Shown here piece after piece: positions 8,027 to 11,664 of a stretch of 11,664 nt of DNA; the stretch's first letter is position 1; each line of letters begins with the position of its first letter. Under the pieces are notes generated by a model. The model saw nothing but the letters and a program-made list of their open reading frames with translations. It did not search any database and was not told the DNA's origin. Location: the NCBI GenBank assembly GCA_037137535.1, contig JBAXKC010000057.1, positions 1-11,664 of the forward strand, written 5' to 3'. Both the position numbers and the translations under genes were made by a program. The stretch comes from a bacterium (lineage in GTDB: Bacteria; Cyanobacteriota; Vampirovibrionia; Gastranaerophilales; JBAXKC01).

Positions 8027-9739
8027 TTATACTCTAAAAACAGCTACTTGTTGTTTTAGTGTTTCTGCAATTGATGCTAGAGATTGAGAATTTGCGTTTA
8101 TTTCTTCAAGGCTGGCAGTCTGTTCTTCTGTAATTCCTGCAATCTCTTGCGCACTTGCTGAGGTTTGTTCTGTAACGCTTGCAATGCTTTCGACTGAAGC
8201 GACAATTTCATCAGAACTTTTTGCAACACCGTCAATTTCTTTATTAATTCCCTGAATTTTTAAATTTGCAAGTTTAACTTGATCTATAATGTTTTCAAGT
8301 GCGCTTCCTGCATCATTGATAACGATTACGCCTTCGTTGACTTCGATTAATCCTTTATCCATAGAGCTTACTGCAAGATTTGTCTTAAGCTGAATTTCTT
8401 TAATCATCGCTGTAATTTTGTTTGTAGCCTCAACAGATGCGCCTGCGAGTTGTTTAACTTCATCCGCTACTACTGCGAAGCCTTTGCCGTGTTCTCCTGC
8501 TCTTGCAGCTTCAATTGCAGCGTTTAGCGCAAGTAAATTTGTTTGACCCGCAATACTTTTGATTAAATCAACAATTGTTTCAATTTCGCTGCTTAATTTG
8601 CCGAGTTCTCCGATTGTTCCTGATATTTCGGAAGAAACACTTCTGATACTTTCAATTTTATCAACAGCTTTTTTAACGTGATCTTTTCCTATATTTGCGC
8701 TCATTTCAGTTTCATTACTGAGGTGTGCAACTGAATGAGCTTCTAGAGAAATAGTCTGAACTACTTTATTCATTTGATTTAAGTTATTAGCACTGCCCTC
8801 AACGCTTATTGATACATCTTGAGCACCATGAGCTAATTGCTGAATGTTTTCTGCTACATGTTGTGCACCCATAGCAGTTTGATCTGCAGCAGAACTCATC
8901 TCTTCAGAGCCTGATAATATATTGGTTGCGGAAGTTGCAACTTGTTGTACCAATTTTCTGAGATTATTTGTCATTAAGTTACAATTTTCGGCTAAATCGC
9001 CGATTTCATCTTGTGAAGTATATTCCAGGCTATTAACTAACAGATTGCCTTTCGCTACTTCTTTTATAAGTTTTACAACACTAGCGAGCGGTTTAGAAAT
9101 CATATTTGCAATAAATAAGCCTAGAGTTAATCCTGCTACGAGACAGATGATTAAAATCACATATATTTGTAATCTGGTGTCAATGGTTTCAACATCTTGT
9201 TGTTTTTTCATTAGAGCGGCATCTTTTTCCTGTTTATCGGAAAATGCTTTTAAATCTGCGTCTAATTTATCAATTGAAGCAACAATATCAAGGTATTTCT
9301 GATAAGCTGCTCTTTTTTGGCCATTTGAAGCAAGGTCTGCAATTTCTTTGCATGCTGTTGCGATGTTATCTTGATTATCATTTATTGTTTTTGCAGTAAC
9401 TTTTTCATCTTCTGTAATACCGCTTTTAAACAACTCTTGAAAAGTTTCATCAGTTATTTTATCTGTTTCAGTCGATTCTGCAGAAACTCTGGCAAATTCT
9501 GTTTTATCCTTAGAAAGAATTAATCTTAATATAAGAGCTTCGTTTTCGCTGGCTAGTGTTCTTATCTGGTTAATTTGCTTTAATGGCAATGCTACGCCGT
9601 TGTACATGTCATCATATTCACTATCAGACCTGTTTAACAGATTTAATGCGATAAATCCCAGAAATCCAATAAAAATTAGCATTGTAACTACAAGACAGGT
9701 GATTTTTTGTCCTGTTTTGAGGTTCTTAAACATTTCCAT
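8027..9739 (-). CDS. Methyl-accepting chemotaxis protein (TM1, four-helix-bundle-type sensor, TM2, HAMP, signalling domain)
   Basis: Canonical hairpin tip IAGQTNLLALNAAIEAARAGEHGKGFAVVADEVKQLA; HAMP segment ISKPL...VAKGNL...DEIGDLA; N-terminal FKNLKTGQKI plus TM typical of 4HB_MCP-type receptors. Start at ATG 9739 or 9733 (the ORF track begins at TTG 9742). Confidence 0.97.
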   Translation of the reverse strand: MEMFKNLKTGQKITCLVVTMLIFIGFLGFIALNLLNRSDSEYDDMYNGVALPLKQINQIRTLASENEALILRLILSKDKTEFARVSAESTETDKITDETFQELFKSGITEDEKVTAKTINDNQDNIATACKEIADLASNGQKRAAYQKYLDIVASIDKLDADLKAFSDKQEKDAALMKKQQDVETIDTRLQIYVILIICLVAGLTLGLFIANMISKPLASVVKLIKEVAKGNLLVNSLEYTSQDEIGDLAENCNLMTNNLRKLVQQVATSATNILSGSEEMSSAADQTAMGAQHVAENIQQLAHGAQDVSISVEGSANNLNQMNKVVQTISLEAHSVAHLSNETEMSANIGKDHVKKAVDKIESIRSVSSEISGTIGELGKLSSEIETIVDLIKSIAGQTNLLALNAAIEAARAGEHGKGFAVVADEVKQLAGASVEATNKITAMIKEIQLKTNLAVSSMDKGLIEVNEGVIVINDAGSALENIIDQVKLANLKIQGINKEIDGVAKSSDEIVASVESIASVTEQTSASAQEIAGITEEQTASLEEINANSQSLASIAETLKQQVAVFRV

Positions 9740-9934
9740 CAAGCTTTTCCCAATCTTAAATTTTTTACATTACAAAATTCTTTTTCAAAATAAATTTGAA
9801 AATAAATTATCTGACTAAGCAGAATTAATTAGATGTCAAATGATTATATCAGATAGTATTGATTAGTTCTATAAATTAACTAATGCAAATGATTGAATTA
9901 TAACTTTATTATTTATACATCAAGATAAATTTAC

Positions 9935-10417
9935 TTAATATAATTTCCATTTGGTTTTTTTTGGGTTTATTTTTACTCGTTTTACGTCTAATTGCGGTAA
10001 ATATTGGGAAACAACTTCTAAAAGTTTTGATTCATTTTTATAATTTGTATATACATATTTATCGCCATTGAATAAATATATTAAAAGTCTATGTTTTTTG
10101 GGAATTGTTGTTAAATCATATATGTCTTCATAATGAACATCAATTATCTCAAAGCCTTTTACAATAATAATTCTTCTATTTGTAAAAAGAAGATGAAATA
10201 TATTAAGCTTTAAAATTGAATACAGTAATAAAACAGTTGCAATTGTTGTAATGGTAAATGTAATAATTCTATGCAAGAATAAAAACTGAAATATTGCAAA
10301 TATAATTAATAATAAAAGTAAAATTACTGCAATTAAAAATTTTTCGTTAATTCTTTTTTTTGCATCATAAACAATTATTTCATCTTGGCTTAGTTGGAGT
10401 TTATTTCTATTAAACAT
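9935..10417 (-). CDS. Hypothetical membrane protein with a bacterial PH-like domain
   Basis: L-x-x-DE-x-I-V-Y start, two TM helices, then LLFTNRRIIIVKG...DVHYEDI, a pattern typical of bPH-domain membrane proteins. ATG at 10417 preferred over the TTG at 10441. Confidence 0.7.
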   Translation of the reverse strand: MFNRNKLQLSQDEIIVYDAKKRINEKFLIAVILLLLLIIFAIFQFLFLHRIITFTITTIATVLLLYSILKLNIFHLLFTNRRIIIVKGFEIIDVHYEDIYDLTTIPKKHRLLIYLFNGDKYVYTNYKNESKLLEVVSQYLPQLDVKRVKINPKKTKWKLY

Positions 10418-10477
10418 AAATTTTCTCAAAAAACATCTCAATGTAAGTGTATAAGCAAATTGTTTTAAAGTAAATCT

Positions 10478-10900
10478 TTATGCGTGATGATAACTTATTT
10501 GTTGAGTTTTATGGCTTGGAATCAATGATAAAACCAAAATTAAAAGCACTTTAGCAATGGGAACAAATGCAATTATCCATGCAATGCCGATATATAGCCA
10601 ATCGACAGAGCCTTTTATATCTGTTACCCGTTTTTTAATATTTGCGAGATATAACATAGTTGCATAAATTATTATAAGTGAGAACACTATTTCTAAGATA
10701 AATTGAGCAAAATTTGAGCCGCTAGCGTAAAAATTAACGGTTAAATTCTGATAAATAAAGAACAATCCTAAAAATGCAAGATATAACCATATCGTATTAG
10801 TGAAAAATTGCAGTCTTTCAATGTAACCGCTAAATTCGAAAATATTATTTTGAACTTCCAAAGGTCGTTTTTCAATATTTTTCATTTTCTTATCCTGCAT
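10478..10900 (-). CDS. DUF805-like (YhaH-like) inner membrane protein
   Basis: FEFSGYIERLQFF, TM, TM, KKRVTDI, and a final ..FVPIAKVLLILVLSLIPS TM match the F-x-G-R-x-x-R...R-x-x-D...IP architecture of DUF805 proteins (recalled pattern). Confidence 0.7.
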   Translation of the reverse strand: MQDKKMKNIEKRPLEVQNNIFEFSGYIERLQFFTNTIWLYLAFLGLFFIYQNLTVNFYASGSNFAQFILEIVFSLIIIYATMLYLANIKKRVTDIKGSVDWLYIGIAWIIAFVPIAKVLLILVLSLIPSHKTQQISYHHA

Positions 10901-11074
10901 CTTTCTTGTTAAAGTAACAATATCTTTATTTAAAGTTTAACATTATTTAATTTTTGATTTATTCCTAAAAATAATTAGATTTTTTAGAAATTATCTACTT
11001 TTGGGGGGATTATTTTTCATTAATATATTATTTAGAAAAACAGTTTTAGTAAAAATTTCAACTAAACCCCATTT

Positions 11075-11226
11075 CCCAAAAGCGCTTTGCTTATTTCCTC
11101 AAAAATCATTTTGTGAAAAACAGCTGAAAGAGGAATAAAAGGAGCCAGTAGCGGTCAAGAACCCACAAAGTTTTTGTTTTTACTTTATTTTTATTTTTTA
11201 AAAAATAAAAATAAAGTTGATGGTTT
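11075..11226 (-). repeat. Dispersed structured repeat, copy 4 (inverted, more diverged)
   Basis: Reverse complement reads CCATCAACTTTATTTTTATTTTTTAAAAAATAAAAATAAAGTAAAAACAAAAACTTTGTGGGTTCTTGACCGCTACTGGCTCCTTTT...CACAAAATGATTTTTGAGGAAATAAGCAAAGCGCTTTTGGG. Contains a perfect 36-bp palindrome at 11182-11217. Confidence 0.9.
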
Positions 11227-11664
11227 TAGAGATCTAAACCTTATAGCTACGACCAAAGTCAAAATGTGAAACTCAATAAATTTATAATCTAAATTACTAA
11301 AATTCATGCTATTAGCATGAGTCCGATAATAAAGATTATGTAAAAACGTACATAAAAAAAGGTTTGCGTATAAAAACTCACAGCTTCAATTTTATTTTTA
11401 AATTATTGCCATAATTTAAAAAATTATTGTTTAAAGAAAATCGCATATTTTGGAAAATCAGAAATTAAAAACTGATTAAAATTTTGCGGATTTTAGTTTT
11501 TTCGGAAATTGAAAAACAGCAAAATTTTAGGGGAAAAGAGTCTTTTTTATTTAGCAGAGAATTTAAGCATAAAAAATTACGCTTAAAATTAAATTAATTT
11601 ATTTTTTGAAAAATAAGAAGCTGTTTGGTTAAAAATGAAACAAAATCAGTAAAATAGAGTCTAT

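Noticed and set aside
8922-9818. ORFs 8922..9302 (+) and 9600..9818 (+)
   Set aside because: Antisense shadows of the well-supported MCP gene.
9800-9860. Sigma28 or sigma70 promoter for the MCP gene (minus-strand TCAGATAA, TTGACA)
   Set aside because: The elements do not have canonical spacing to a partner box, so the call cannot be supported.
41-11226. CRISPR array or integron attC cassette array
   Set aside because: The repeats are ~170-190 bp, irregularly spaced kilobases apart and in both orientations. There is no RYYYAAC/GTTRRRY boundary pattern, cas gene or integrase in the window.
11330-11664. Replication origin or phased A-tract array in the AT-rich tail
   Set aside because: No clear DnaA boxes (TTATCCACA) or iterons. 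The A/T tracts are not convincingly phased by eye.

Overview
AT-rich bacterial chromosomal window. The protein style suggests Melainabacteria/Vampirovibrionia, but this is an inference from recalled sequence similarity and was not tested. Positions ~305-7833 hold a heavily decayed, + strand, podovirus-type virion morphogenesis module that the ORF track shows only as fragments. The order is portal, two small genes, scaffold, P22-coat-like major capsid, small gene, head-tail adaptor, nozzle/tail-tubular-B-like gene and a holin-like gene. All of these carry in-frame stops (TAA, TAG and TGA) and/or frameshifts. Two intact non-structural genes sit inside the module: a 61-aa His/Ala/Asn-rich peptide with its own terminator, and an antisense membrane protein with an internal repeat. 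A structured dispersed repeat of ~170-190 bp (two inverted-repeat stems around a conserved CTTGACCGCTACTGG core) occurs four times: ~41-210, ~1414-1523, ~7351-7519 and inverted at ~11075-11226. The right part carries intact minus-strand host genes: a methyl-accepting chemotaxis protein, a PH-domain-like membrane protein and a DUF805-like membrane protein. An AT-rich non-coding stretch ends the window. No rRNA, tRNA, CRISPR array, integrase, terminase or transposase is visible.
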